Of a DNA stretch of 64,000 nucleotides, positions 1-9,769 are shown in pieces. Source of the DNA: Candidatus Kerfeldbacteria bacterium (lineage in GTDB: Bacteria; Patescibacteriota; Patescibacteriia; SBBC01; CAIJZX01). The position numbers were made by a program, and so were the translations under genes. Positions within the stretch are counted from its first letter, which is position 1; every line of letters starts with the position of its first letter. The notes beneath the pieces were generated by a model. That model was not told the DNA's origin, made no database searches, and saw nothing but the letters and a program-made list of their open reading frames with translations. The stretch covers positions 471,478-535,477 of the forward strand of contig JACPSJ010000001.1 in the NCBI GenBank assembly GCA_016193315.1. Direction: 5' to 3'.

Positions 1-808
1 TAATTTGCGATTAACGGTGCTGGGGGCGGGCAGTAATACATTGGTGGCCGATCGGGGCTTTGTCGGCACAATCATCATTGCTCGCCATGACGGACTCGAT
101 TGGCAACCGCCACGGGTGGTAGCCGAGGCCGGAGTCAAGTTGGGGCAGTTGATGGCCGGCGCATTGGCCCATCGTCTCGGTGGGTTAGCCTGGCTGGTCG
201 GGGTGCCTGGTACGGTCGGCGGAGCCATCTACGGAAATGCGGGTAGCCGGACGGAAGGCTTGGGCTACCTCGTTGACTGGGTGGAGACATTAGAACCAGA
301 TGGTTCGGTGCGGCGTTGGTTACCGGCCGAGTGTGGTTTCAGTTACCGGACCAGTGTGTTTAAATCCCTTCGCACCATCATTCTTCGCGCTCAGCTTAAA
401 CTCCCAGTGGTTTACCCGACGGCCGAGCGGATGGAATTACGACGGGCAGCGGCCGCGAAATCGGCGCACCAACCAACGATCGATTCCTCGGCCGGGTGCA
501 TTTTTAAGAACCCCGTCGTCGGCTCGAAACAATTACCTGACGGTTTACAACCATACCACTTTCCGGACGGCACCATCTCGGCCTGGCGTCTGGTAGCCGC
601 GGTTGGTCTCCAAGGTTTTCAGCTTGGTCAAGTGCAGATTTCTCCTCGCCACGCCAATTTCATGGTCAATCTCGGCGGGGCCAGAGCCGATCAGGTAGTT
701 CAGCTGATTAGCTTGGTCAAGCAGCGGGTTCGTGATACACTCGGAATCCAGCTCCAGGAAGAAGTCCAGTATCTTGGTTTTGATGATCCCGATCACTATC
801 AGCGCTAA
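1..808 (+). CDS. murB: UDP-N-acetylenolpyruvoylglucosamine reductase MurB, 5' end truncated by the window edge
   Basis: Open frame runs through position 1. Translation carries MurB FAD-binding and substrate-domain motifs (VLGAGSNTLV, GGAIYGNAG, CGFSYR). Confidence 0.75.
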   Translation, partial: NLRLTVLGAGSNTLVADRGFVGTIIIARHDGLDWQPPRVVAEAGVKLGQLMAGALAHRLGGLAWLVGVPGTVGGAIYGNAGSRTEGLGYLVDWVETLEPDGSVRRWLPAECGFSYRTSVFKSLRTIILRAQLKLPVVYPTAERMELRRAAAAKSAHQPTIDSSAGCIFKNPVVGSKQLPDGLQPYHFPDGTISAWRLVAAVGLQGFQLGQVQISPRHANFMVNLGGARADQVVQLISLVKQRVRDTLGIQLQEEVQYLGFDDPDHYQR

Positions 809-1118
809 AGATTTCAAACTGACACCGGCTCTGAAGTCGTATGTCAACGATAAGCTCGGTCGGCTAGCCAGATTATCGCCGAGCATTGAACGTATCGGGG
901 TCGAACTCGATGTTGATCGCCACCACCATCAGGGCCGCAATTTTCGGGTCGAAGTATGGATTTACTTGCCGCGACGTACCATCGCCGCCGGTTTGAAAGC
1001 CGAGGACATGCGGGCGGCCATTGATCTGGTCTGCCCCAGACTGGAGAGGCGGATCGTGCGTTACAAAGACCGGCTGGTGTCTCGCCGGCGTCGAGCCAGC
1101 CGGCAGATGGCCGGATAG
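783..1118 (+). CDS. hpf: Ribosome hibernation promoting factor / RaiA (short form)
   Basis: ISAKDFKLTPALKSYVNDKLGRL ... EDMRAAIDL matches the HPF/YfiA fold signature. The in-frame ATG at 783 overlaps the murB stop. Confidence 0.7.
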   Translation: MIPITISAKDFKLTPALKSYVNDKLGRLARLSPSIERIGVELDVDRHHHQGRNFRVEVWIYLPRRTIAAGLKAEDMRAAIDLVCPRLERRIVRYKDRLVSRRRRASRQMAG

Positions 1119-1167
1119 AACCGGCACGGTTGCGTTACCGCGCGGTTCTTGTATACTTATCCACACT

Positions 1168-1185
1168 GCCCCGCGGTGGGCTTTT
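1168..1185 (+). terminator. Weak candidate rho-independent terminator downstream of hpf
   Basis: gccc-cgcggt-gggc 4-bp GC stem followed by tttt. Confidence 0.25.
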
Positions 1186-1357
1186 GACAACTAACTGTGC
1201 CGAGGATTCGGCTTACGAGATGCTCTGCGTCTTGATCGGTAAGCGCTAACCGCACCACTCCCAGGCGGAGTTGTGCGGGGCCCCGAATCCGAAACTCCAA
1301 AGTCCCACCAACGGGCTGGGGGTTCCGTCAGCCTGCGGCACAGCGATCGGATCTACC

Positions 1358-1822
1358 ATGGCCAACGCCAAGGTTGATCAACAGCTTCGATCCAGCTCGA
1401 CGCTGGCGAGGTTGACCACCAAACCAAAAAACAAACCAGCCGAAATCCTCTTCGGCACCCACCTGACCCTCGATGGCTACGGAGCCAGCGCCAGCCGACT
1501 GAATGATATGGACACGGTCTTTACGGCCCTCAACGACCTGCCGGACTTGTTGGCGATGCAAAAGATTACCACTCCCTACGTCGTCAGATTCGCGGGTAAC
1601 GAGAAAAAGGACCCGGGTGGTTACTCGGGGTTCGTCATGATCGCCGAAAGCCACATTTCGGTCCACACTTTTCCCGAGCGCGGGTTTGTAACCATTGATG
1701 TGTACACTTGTCAGGGCCAGCTTGACGTCAAAACCTGCATCTCCTACTTCACCAGCCTGTTTCGTGCCCAGCGTTGGGAGCGCCACGTGATACGGCGCGG
1801 CCGGCATTACGGACGACAGTAA
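1358..1822 (+). CDS. S-adenosylmethionine decarboxylase proenzyme, small pyruvoyl-dependent type
   Basis: AESHISVHTFPE ... IDVYTC motifs typical of class-1 AdoMetDC. ATG at 1358 is in frame within the longer tracked ORF. Confidence 0.7.
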   Translation: MANAKVDQQLRSSSTLARLTTKPKNKPAEILFGTHLTLDGYGASASRLNDMDTVFTALNDLPDLLAMQKITTPYVVRFAGNEKKDPGGYSGFVMIAESHISVHTFPERGFVTIDVYTCQGQLDVKTCISYFTSLFRAQRWERHVIRRGRHYGRQ

Positions 1823-1848
1823 GTATAGACGCCGGCCGTTCGTCAGGC

Positions 1849-1877
1849 TTGATGGAACGGGATGTTTGTGATACAAT
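1849..1877 (+). promoter_or_regulatory. Putative sigma70-type promoter for secA (TTGATG-N17-TACAAT with extended TG)
   Basis: Read directly: ttgatg 1849-1854, 17-nt spacer, TG-n-tacaat 1872-1877, about 100 nt upstream of the secA start. Confidence 0.4.
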
Positions 1878-1974
1878 CGTGTCCGCTCGACCATCAGTAC
1901 CTCTGGTCTTGACCGGCCGAGAACTAATGTCTCAATCCTTCGCCCCGATGATTCATTCTCGGCGTTAACCGGCC

Positions 1975-4692
1975 ATGGCCTGGCTCAGCAAGTTATTTGG
2001 TGATGCCAACCAGCGGGCACTGCAATCGCTCAGTCCGCTGGTGGTGGAAATTAACGCTTGGCGAACGAAGTTAAAATCCTGGCCTGATGACCGCCTGGCC
2101 GGGAGGATGCAGGAGTTACGCCAAGCCGTGGCCGGGGATGCTCGTCGGCTGGATTCATTCCTGCCCGAAGTTTTTGCCCTCGTGCGCGACGCCAGTCGTC
2201 GGGCGCTGAAACAAGAGCACTTTGATGTCCAGCTGCAGGGCGGGATCGTTCTCCACCGCGGGGCCATCGCCGAAATGAAGACGGGCGAAGGAAAAACATT
2301 GGTGGCCACGGCGCCGGTGGCGCTCAACGCGCTGACCGGACAGGGAGTGCATGTGGTGACGGTGAATGACTATCTCGCCCGGCGGGATGCCGGCTGGATG
2401 GGTCAGGTCTATCATCTGCTCGGGCTGTCGGTCGGAGTGATTATTCATGAGCAGGCTTTTCGTTTCGACCCCACCTTCATCGACCCGAACGCCCTGGAGG
2501 AGCGGACCGCACACCTCCGACCCGTGACGCGGCCGGAAGCCTACCAAGCGGACATTACCTACGGGACGAACAATGAGTTCGGCTTCGATTACCTGCGTGA
2601 CAACATGGTACCCGACCGCCGCTACCTCGTGCAGCGACCGTTTGCCTACGCCATCATTGACGAGGTTGATAGCATTCTCATCGATGAAGCCCGGACACCG
2701 CTGATTATCTCCGCTCCGGCTGAGGAGTCTTCAGAGCGGTATCGTAAGTTTGCTCAATTGGTAACGCAGCTCGAAGCCGAGACTGATTACTTGGTCGACG
2801 AAAAAATGCGGGCCGCGACCTTAACCGAAGCTGGCATCGCGCGAGTCGAACGAAGCTTGGGTCTCGACAATATTTACACCGCTGGCGGCATTGAGCTGGT
2901 CCATCACCTCGAGCAAGCGCTGAAAGCCAAGACGCTTTTTCAACGCGACCGTGACTACGTTGTCCGGGAAGGCGAAGTCGTTATCGTCGACGAGTTCACC
3001 GGACGACTGATGTTCGGTCGGCGGTATTCCGAAGGGTTACACCAGGCGATCGAGGCCAAGGAGGGCTTGTCGGTCAAACAGGAGAGTCAAACGCTGGCCA
3101 CCATTTCACTGCAGAACCTTTTTCGGCTCTACCCGAAACTGGCCGGAATGACCGGCACAGCCGCCACCGAAGCTGAGGAGTTCCATAAGATTTATAACCT
3201 CGATGTCGCGGTGGTGCTAACCCACCGTCCAATGGTCCGCCGCGACTTGCCCGACAGCGTCTATAAAAACCAGCAGGGGAAGTTCCTGGCGGTCGTCCGG
3301 GAAGTCAAACGGCGACACACGGCCGGCCAGCCGATTCTCCTCGGCACCATCTCCATCGAAAAAAATGAACTCCTCAGCGAACTATTGCGTCGGGAGGGGA
3401 TTAGTCATGAAATTCTCCATGCCAAGAATCACGAGCGCGAAGCGCAAATTATCGCTCAAGCCGGTCGCTACGGCGCCGTCACCCTGGCCACTAATATCGC
3501 CGGCCGCGGCGTTGACATTATCCTCGGCGGCTCATCGACCGAGCCGGCCGAAGCCGAGCGGGTGAGGGGGGCCGGCGGTCTCCACGTCATCGGTACTGAG
3601 CGACATGAATCGCGGCGGATTGATAACCAGCTGCGCGGTCGCTCCGGGCGCCAAGGCGATCCTGGATCAAGCCAATTCTTCGTCTCGATGGAAGATGATC
3701 TGATGCGAATTTTTGGGTCTGACCGGATGAAGCGCATGATGGATCGGCTGGGCGTACCAGATGACATGCCGATCGAGAGTCAGCTGGTTTCCAAGTCGAT
3801 CGAACAAGCGCAGAAGAAGGTGGAGGGTCACAACTTCGACATTCGCAAACACTTGGTGGAGTACGATGACGTGATGAACAAGCACCGCGAAGTGATTTAC
3901 AAGCGTCGACGAGAAATTCTGCTGGCGGCGGGATCGGACGTCGAGCGGCGGGTGGAGGAAATGGTGGAGAAGGAAATGAGTCAAATCGTGTCCTTCCACA
4001 CCGCGGCGGAGACGGAAAGTACCTGGGATCTCGACGCCATGTACAATGCGGTCGAAGCGATCGGCCTAGTCGGTCTCAAAGGACGGTTGAAACTCGAGGA
4101 TTTCCGCGATCAAGCCGGCGACCAAGCCCACGACGCGCAGGCGCGAACGGCCATGGTCGGCTTTTTAATGACCGAAGCTAGGTCAAGGCTTGAAGCCCTT
4201 CGTCGTCAGGCTCCAGACCCCAAAGTATGGTCAGAGGTGGTGCGCAACGTCATCCTGCGGACCATTGATCAATTGTGGGTCGAACATCTTGACCTGATGG
4301 AACGGCTGCGCGAGGGGATTGGCCTCCGCGGTTACGGCCAAAAAGATCCGTTGGTGGAGTACAAAAAGGAAGCCTTCGATATCTTTACGCAACTGATCAA
4401 CTCCACCAACTCCCAGGTAGTGCAGACTGTATTCCGCCTGGCCTTCAGTGCTAGCGAGGCCGGACCAACTCCGGCCGAGCGACCACAACTCGTATTTTCG
4501 GCGCCGCAAAAGGAAGCCAGCCAAGCCAGAAGTCAAAGCCCGTTTGTGGCCGCCCGGCCGGTTGTCGGCGGCGTCGATTTAGCCAAGGTGGGACGCAACG
4601 ACCCTTGTCCTTGTGGCTCTGGCAAAAAATTCAAGAAGTGCTACTTAGCCAACAGCCCAGACTGCCGGATTTTGCATCCCGCGCCAGCTTGA
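1975..4692 (+). CDS. secA: Preprotein translocase ATPase SecA
   Basis: 905-aa ORF with canonical SecA N-terminus, DEAD-like motor motifs and the C-terminal zinc finger CPCGSGKKFKKC. Confidence 0.95.
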   Translation: MAWLSKLFGDANQRALQSLSPLVVEINAWRTKLKSWPDDRLAGRMQELRQAVAGDARRLDSFLPEVFALVRDASRRALKQEHFDVQLQGGIVLHRGAIAEMKTGEGKTLVATAPVALNALTGQGVHVVTVNDYLARRDAGWMGQVYHLLGLSVGVIIHEQAFRFDPTFIDPNALEERTAHLRPVTRPEAYQADITYGTNNEFGFDYLRDNMVPDRRYLVQRPFAYAIIDEVDSILIDEARTPLIISAPAEESSERYRKFAQLVTQLEAETDYLVDEKMRAATLTEAGIARVERSLGLDNIYTAGGIELVHHLEQALKAKTLFQRDRDYVVREGEVVIVDEFTGRLMFGRRYSEGLHQAIEAKEGLSVKQESQTLATISLQNLFRLYPKLAGMTGTAATEAEEFHKIYNLDVAVVLTHRPMVRRDLPDSVYKNQQGKFLAVVREVKRRHTAGQPILLGTISIEKNELLSELLRREGISHEILHAKNHEREAQIIAQAGRYGAVTLATNIAGRGVDIILGGSSTEPAEAERVRGAGGLHVIGTERHESRRIDNQLRGRSGRQGDPGSSQFFVSMEDDLMRIFGSDRMKRMMDRLGVPDDMPIESQLVSKSIEQAQKKVEGHNFDIRKHLVEYDDVMNKHREVIYKRRREILLAAGSDVERRVEEMVEKEMSQIVSFHTAAETESTWDLDAMYNAVEAIGLVGLKGRLKLEDFRDQAGDQAHDAQARTAMVGFLMTEARSRLEALRRQAPDPKVWSEVVRNVILRTIDQLWVEHLDLMERLREGIGLRGYGQKDPLVEYKKEAFDIFTQLINSTNSQVVQTVFRLAFSASEAGPTPAERPQLVFSAPQKEASQARSQSPFVAARPVVGGVDLAKVGRNDPCPCGSGKKFKKCYLANSPDCRILHPAPA

Positions 4693-4779
4693 CGAAGCTC
4701 AACGGCCTTTGGCCGGCGCGGAACCAACTTGTGTTTTGCCGAGGGGTAGGGTACGCTGAAACGTGTTACCGTCGTCACC

Positions 4780-5298
4780 ATGCAGCTGCTTCGAACGGGA
4801 TTATCTGACCGCGAGTTGGCGAGCAGTCTGTTTGCTCTCTGTCTCCAGGCCGACGCTGCCTTTGGCGGAGAGTTTGTCGACGCCGCCGCCAGCTACGGTT
4901 ACACCATTCATGTCCCGGAAGACGCGATCGACCACGGCGAATTACTGATTGCCCTGGTGTGGTTGGTGCAATGGATTTCTCGATCCCGACCGGGTCTCGT
5001 GCATGCCCTCGGGGGCCATTACCTATCGGCGGTCACCTCACTACCGTACTTCGGTAACCGCACGGACCGGCAGGCGTTAGAACGATTCTTCATCGACCGC
5101 ACCCATCACTATGACAGCCTGGTTGAACGGTCAGCCCAAGGACTTGACCTCATTGAGGTGGCCTACGAAATGTCAAAATATGCCCTCCGGAACTGGTTCG
5201 AAGTCCAGCATCACCTGCCGCGAGTCGAGATCGTCGTGGCCCACCTGCTAACTCAGTGGGTGGTCTCGGTGACCCAGACGGTTAAGGAGCTGTCATAA
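4780..5298 (+). CDS. Hypothetical protein
   Basis: 172-aa ORF with ATG start and coding-like composition. No recognisable family. Confidence 0.45.
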   Translation: MQLLRTGLSDRELASSLFALCLQADAAFGGEFVDAAASYGYTIHVPEDAIDHGELLIALVWLVQWISRSRPGLVHALGGHYLSAVTSLPYFGNRTDRQALERFFIDRTHHYDSLVERSAQGLDLIEVAYEMSKYALRNWFEVQHHLPRVEIVVAHLLTQWVVSVTQTVKELS

Positions 5299-5324
5299 CG
5301 ATCGCGCCCGGCATCGCGGTGGCG

Positions 5325-5353
5325 TTGACAGCCACGGTTTTTTGTGATAGAAT
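5325..5353 (+). promoter_or_regulatory. Putative strong sigma70-type promoter (TTGACA-N17-TAGAAT, extended TG) followed by a roughly 190-nt structured leader
   Basis: ttgaca 5325-5330, 17-nt spacer, tgaTAGAAT 5348-5353. Nested inverted repeats in the leader at about 5420-5475 (ccgagtg ... cactcgg; ctcga ... tcgag). Confidence 0.5.
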
Positions 5354-5543
5354 TGTTAATGTTCAGCCTGAAAACTGGACTTGTGTTCCTTACAGAAACA
5401 CAAAAAGAAAAACAAAAGCGCGGGGAGAGGCTCCGAGTGCTCGTTGATCTCGAACTAAATCGAGCGCAGCGAACACTCGGGTGGTCCTGATCGAGAACGT
5501 TACTTCGAGATGGATCCGTCAGCCTCTCCCTCCCACCCTTTTC

Positions 5544-6950
5544 ATGACGACTGTTTCGACGGCCCGTCAGTTTTCAATATCGGTCATTAGCCTGGGCATA
5601 CTCGGGGTAAGTTTTGCGACTCCGGCCGCGGCGCAATCTACAACCTGGCAACGGACGGCAGCTTTTGCGATGCCGAGCGAGGGCTCAACCACCGACGTTT
5701 TTGGGGGCGTGTTTCGAGGCGGAGCGAGCGTCGCCGCTGGTGATATTGACGGCGATGGCGACGAAGAAATTATCCTTGGCGCTGGGCGCGGTGGTGGACC
5801 GCACGTGGAAATCTACCGACCCGACGGCCGCCAAGTGGGTTCGTTTTTCGTTTTTAAACGGTCCCTGCACGCTGGTCTGAGCGTGGCGGCTGGCGATCTC
5901 GATGGCGACCACCAAGCAGAAATTATCGTCGGTCCGCGCGGAGACTACGCCCCAGAAATCCAAATCTACGATGACCACGGCCGCCGACAAGCTTCCTGGT
6001 TGGCCTTTGAGGCGTCGTACACCGGGGGTATTGAAGTCGCGGTCCTCCGGGCTGAGGGCGATCGGGCGGGCATGATTCTGGTCGCCAGCGGCAGCGGTCG
6101 CGACCAGGAAGTCCGAGCCTTCAGCCCGACCGGCCAACTACTTTTTCAGGATTGGTACCCCCACGGTAGGAATCCGGGCCACGGACTCGACATTGCCGCC
6201 ACGGACAGTTCCGTCTTTCATGAACCGGTGTTGGTGAGTGTACCCGGTGTCGGCGAGAAACCGTTGGTCTTAGTCCATGGTTTGTACTCCGGACGACTGC
6301 TGGCCTCCTGGCTGGCCTATGACCAGCGGGTGAAAACCGGCTTGTCAGTGGCGGCCGCCGACGGAACGGTAGTCACCGGTCCAGGTCGGCGGGGTGGTCC
6401 GGAAGTCCGGATATTCAGCGTTCGCGGTGTTCTTGATCGCGCCTACCGGGTATTCGAACCGACCTATTTCGGTGGTCTCGAAGTCGGCCTTCTCCGCCGT
6501 GGCGGCCGTCTCGAGTCAGTCGCCACCCCCAGCGGCAAACCGAGCCATTGGCTCCATCCGAAAATGGACAAGGCCATTGTGATCGACTTATCCGAACAGC
6601 AGTTGTACCTACTCGAGGGTGATCGGGTGATTTCGGTCCGGTCGGTATCGACCGGCCAATGGTCAACCCCGACGCCAGTCGGTAGCTTCCGGACGAAGAA
6701 TAAGATCGGCGTGGCCTACTCGCGGCGCTACGGATTGTACATGGAGTATTGGATGGCGTTTACGCCGGACGGCGCCTACGGACTCCACGCCCTGCCGTAC
6801 TGGTTGCTACGGAATGGGCAGAAGCACTACGAGGGCACCAACCACCTGGGCACGCCAGTTTCCCACGGTTGCATCCGCCAACGCCTCGAGGATGCCCGGT
6901 CGCTCTATGACTGGGCACCGATTGGGACGACCGTCATCGTTCGGCCCTAA
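5544..6950 (+). CDS. Secreted FG-GAP/VCBS-repeat protein fused to a C-terminal L,D-transpeptidase (YkuD) catalytic domain
   Basis: Signal peptide (FSISVISLGILGVSFATPAAAQ). Repeated GDIDGDGDEEIILG / GDLDGDHQAEIIVG FG-GAP motifs. C-terminal YkuD motif ... SHGCIR ... with the catalytic Cys. Confidence 0.75.
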   Translation: MTTVSTARQFSISVISLGILGVSFATPAAAQSTTWQRTAAFAMPSEGSTTDVFGGVFRGGASVAAGDIDGDGDEEIILGAGRGGGPHVEIYRPDGRQVGSFFVFKRSLHAGLSVAAGDLDGDHQAEIIVGPRGDYAPEIQIYDDHGRRQASWLAFEASYTGGIEVAVLRAEGDRAGMILVASGSGRDQEVRAFSPTGQLLFQDWYPHGRNPGHGLDIAATDSSVFHEPVLVSVPGVGEKPLVLVHGLYSGRLLASWLAYDQRVKTGLSVAAADGTVVTGPGRRGGPEVRIFSVRGVLDRAYRVFEPTYFGGLEVGLLRRGGRLESVATPSGKPSHWLHPKMDKAIVIDLSEQQLYLLEGDRVISVRSVSTGQWSTPTPVGSFRTKNKIGVAYSRRYGLYMEYWMAFTPDGAYGLHALPYWLLRNGQKHYEGTNHLGTPVSHGCIRQRLEDARSLYDWAPIGTTVIVRP

Positions 6951-6966
6951 GGCTGAGCGGCTGGGC

Positions 6967-6995
6967 TTGTCACAATTGACCCAGGGTCGTATACT
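6967..6995 (+). promoter_or_regulatory. Putative sigma70-type promoter for secDF (TTGTCA-N17-TATACT)
   Basis: ttgtca 6967-6972, 17-nt spacer, tatact 6990-6995. An 8-bp inverted repeat ctgatggt/accatcag lies immediately downstream (6996-7021). Confidence 0.45.
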
Positions 6996-7027
6996 CTGAT
7001 GGTTCCATCGTTGACCATCAGTGTTGC

Positions 7028-8674
7028 ATGCGTCGCTCCCGGGTCTGGTTCAGTTTTGGCTCCATTGTTGTCCTGGCTTTGTTAGCTGGCTATGTTGACT
7101 GGCCACAGGCACCGAAGCTAACCTTCCCGCCATTCAACCGGTCGTTCCCGCTCCGTCTCGGCCTTGATATTCAAGGCGGCAGCAGTTTGCTGTACGAAGC
7201 CGATGTCAGTAAAGTTCCGGCTGGAGATCGAGATTCGGCCTTGGCCGGTGTGCGCGATGTGATTGAACGCCGGGTCAATGCTTTTGGCGTGGCCGAGCCG
7301 GTGGTCCAAACCAGCCGGGTCGGTGGGCATTACCGCGTGGTGGTGGAACTGGCCGGTATCCATGACGTCAACGAGGCCATCCGTCAAATCGGCGAAACGC
7401 CGCTGTTGGAGTTCCGTAAGCCAGCCGGTCTACCAGACGCCGAAGCGAAGGCCAAGGCCGAAGAAGTACTGGCCAAGGCCAAGCAAGCAGGCAGTGATTT
7501 TTCCGCCCTGGCCAAAGAGTTTTCCGACGACCCCGGCAGTCGCGACCGGGGTGGAGATTTGGGTTTTGCTCGCCCCGGACAGTTTGTGCCAGAGTTCGAG
7601 CAGGCCTTGTTCGATCAATTGACCGTCGGCCAAATCAGCGACCAAACGGTAAAATCAAAATTCGGGTACCACATTATCAAGAAAATAGAAGAACGCGAGG
7701 TGGACGAGGACGAAAAGAAAATCAAGGAGGTTCATGGGGCCCATATCCTAATCGCCAGTCTCGAAAGTTCTCAAGAGGTCGGTAACTACCTGCCGACGAA
7801 ACTGTCGGGGAAACAGCTGCGACGGGCGGACGTGACTTTTGATCCGAATACTGGGGCGCCGGAAGTACAGTTGCAATTCAACGCCGAGGGATCAAAGTTA
7901 TTTGCCGAATTGACGAAGCAATACCTCCAGCGAGTGATTGGCATCTATCTGGATGGCCAGCCAATTAGTCTGCCGGTCGTCCAGTCAGAAATCACCTCTG
8001 GCACGGCGGTCATCACCGGCAACTTCAGTCTCGACGAAGCTAAGCAGTTGGCCCGGCGTTTGAACGCCGGGGCGCTGCCAGTGCCAATCACCCTCGTGAG
8101 CCAGCAGAACGTTGGCGCCAGTCTTGGGCAGTCGGCCGTGGAGCGAAGTTTTGCGGCCGGTTTGCTGGGGCTGGTTTTCGTAGCGGTGTTCATGATCTTG
8201 TACTATCGATTACCTGGCTTGCTGGCCGTCGTGGCCCTGGTGATCTACAGCCTGCTGGTGCTGGCGATTTTTAAGCTCTGGCCGGTGACCCTGACCTTGG
8301 CCGGCATGGCCGGCTTCATCCTCTCGATCGGCATGGCCGTCGATGCTAATATCCTCGTCTTTGAACGAACCAAGGAGGAGCTCCGCGCCGGACGACCATT
8401 ACGGTCGGCGATTGATGAGGGCTTTCGGCGAGCCTGGTTGTCGATTCGTGACTCCAACGTCTCCAGCCTGATTACCTCCTTCATTTTAATTTGGTTTGGC
8501 ACCAGCTTGGTCAAGGGTTTTGCCTTGACCCTAGCCATTGGGATCCTGGTATCGATGTTTTCCGCCTTGACGGTCACCCGCACCTTTCTGCACCTGGTGA
8601 CTGGCCCATGGATGGGCCGGCATTTGTGGCTCTTTGGCGTCTCCAGCGCACCAGCGACTTCGTCCGATGTTTAG
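7028..8674 (+). CDS. secD: Protein translocase subunit SecD; its periplasmic P1-head region carries parvulin-like motifs
   Basis: N-terminal TM plus SecD P1 base motifs ([25 protein letters not shown]) and the C-terminal 6-TM SecD core. The internal segment has GGDLGF ... FGYHIIK ... AHILIA motifs. Confidence 0.9.
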   Translation: MRRSRVWFSFGSIVVLALLAGYVDWPQAPKLTFPPFNRSFPLRLGLDIQGGSSLLYEADVSKVPAGDRDSALAGVRDVIERRVNAFGVAEPVVQTSRVGGHYRVVVELAGIHDVNEAIRQIGETPLLEFRKPAGLPDAEAKAKAEEVLAKAKQAGSDFSALAKEFSDDPGSRDRGGDLGFARPGQFVPEFEQALFDQLTVGQISDQTVKSKFGYHIIKKIEEREVDEDEKKIKEVHGAHILIASLESSQEVGNYLPTKLSGKQLRRADVTFDPNTGAPEVQLQFNAEGSKLFAELTKQYLQRVIGIYLDGQPISLPVVQSEITSGTAVITGNFSLDEAKQLARRLNAGALPVPITLVSQQNVGASLGQSAVERSFAAGLLGLVFVAVFMILYYRLPGLLAVVALVIYSLLVLAIFKLWPVTLTLAGMAGFILSIGMAVDANILVFERTKEELRAGRPLRSAIDEGFRRAWLSIRDSNVSSLITSFILIWFGTSLVKGFALTLAIGILVSMFSALTVTRTFLHLVTGPWMGRHLWLFGVSSAPATSSDV

Positions 8675-9572
8675 GATCATCCAAAAACGCCGCTGGTTGT
8701 TTATCCTGTCACTCCTAATTTTGGTACCAGGGCTGGTGGCGCTCGTTCGATTTGGCCTCAAGCTGGGCATTGACTTTACGGGCGGGACGCGAATGGTAGT
8801 TGCCTTTAGCGGGGACCGACCGAGCGGAACGTCGGTCATCGCCACGGTCAGCGATTTAGACCTCGGCCAAGTGACCACCCAAACCGCGGGTCAGAAAGAA
8901 ATGGTCTTGCGGTTGTCGAGCATCAGTAATGACCAACGTCAGCGCCTGCTGGAGCGATTGCAGGAGAAATTTCCGGGCGCGATGGAAGCCAGTTTCGATT
9001 CGATTGGCCCAACCATCGGCGCCGAACTGCTCCGCAAGGCCTATCTAGCCCTCGGTCTCGTGTTGCTGGCCATCGTGGTCTACGTCAGCTGGGCTTTCCG
9101 GCGGGTCAATGTCGGTCCGGTACCGGCCTCAGTCTACGGTTTGTCCGCCATTGTCGCCTTGGCCCACGATGTCTTGGTAGTGGTCGGCATTTTTGCCATC
9201 CTCGGTCACTATCGTGGAGCGGAAATCGACAGCCTGTTCGTGACCGCGGTCCTGACGGTGCTCGGTTTTTCGGTCCACGACACGATCGTCGTCTTCGACC
9301 GCATTCGCGAACGACTTTTGATCGGTGGTGAGTCGACATTTGAAGACACCGTTAACGTCAGCCTCAACCAGACGCTCACCCGGTCACTCAATACCTCACT
9401 GACCACCTTGTTTGTCCTGGTAGCCCTCTACCTTTTTGGCGGCGAAACGATCAAGTATTTCGTCCTGGCTCTGATCATCGGTATCGTTTCCGGCACCTAC
9501 TCCTCGATTTTCGTGGCCTCGCCATTACTGGTGGTCTACGAAGGCTGGAAGCGGCGGCGGGCACATCGCTAA
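8667..9572 (+). CDS. secF: Protein translocase subunit SecF
   Basis: [26 protein letters not shown] ... GIDFTGGT ... SecF signature. ATG at 8667 overlaps the secD end. Confidence 0.9.
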   Translation: MFRIIQKRRWLFILSLLILVPGLVALVRFGLKLGIDFTGGTRMVVAFSGDRPSGTSVIATVSDLDLGQVTTQTAGQKEMVLRLSSISNDQRQRLLERLQEKFPGAMEASFDSIGPTIGAELLRKAYLALGLVLLAIVVYVSWAFRRVNVGPVPASVYGLSAIVALAHDVLVVVGIFAILGHYRGAEIDSLFVTAVLTVLGFSVHDTIVVFDRIRERLLIGGESTFEDTVNVSLNQTLTRSLNTSLTTLFVLVALYLFGGETIKYFVLALIIGIVSGTYSSIFVASPLLVVYEGWKRRRAHR

Positions 9573-9715
9573 CATCCACGAACGAGCTCTGACGTTTTTG
9601 TTGGCAACAGAGTCTTCTTTCTGTACAAAACAGAGAGCAGTTTTCTTAGATGCTGGTCTTACAGAGCAGCACCACTGGACTATTGGGTCAGCTATGTTAC
9701 TATCACCCACGGAAC

Positions 9716-9744
9716 TTGACAGAGTTGCAACAAAATGCTATATT
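9716..9744 (+). promoter_or_regulatory. Putative sigma70-type promoter (TTGACA-N17-TATATT)
   Basis: ttgaca 9716-9721, 17-nt spacer, tatatt 9739-9744. About 25 nt upstream of the ATG at 9770. Confidence 0.5.
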
Positions 9745-9769
9745 CAATATTGACAGCAATTTATGGTCA

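Noticed and set aside
4678-4745. Possible terminator hairpin at the secA 3' end (ccgcgccagc ... gccggcgcgg)
   Set aside because: The stem has a 23-nt loop and is not directly followed by a U-tract. Too weak to call.
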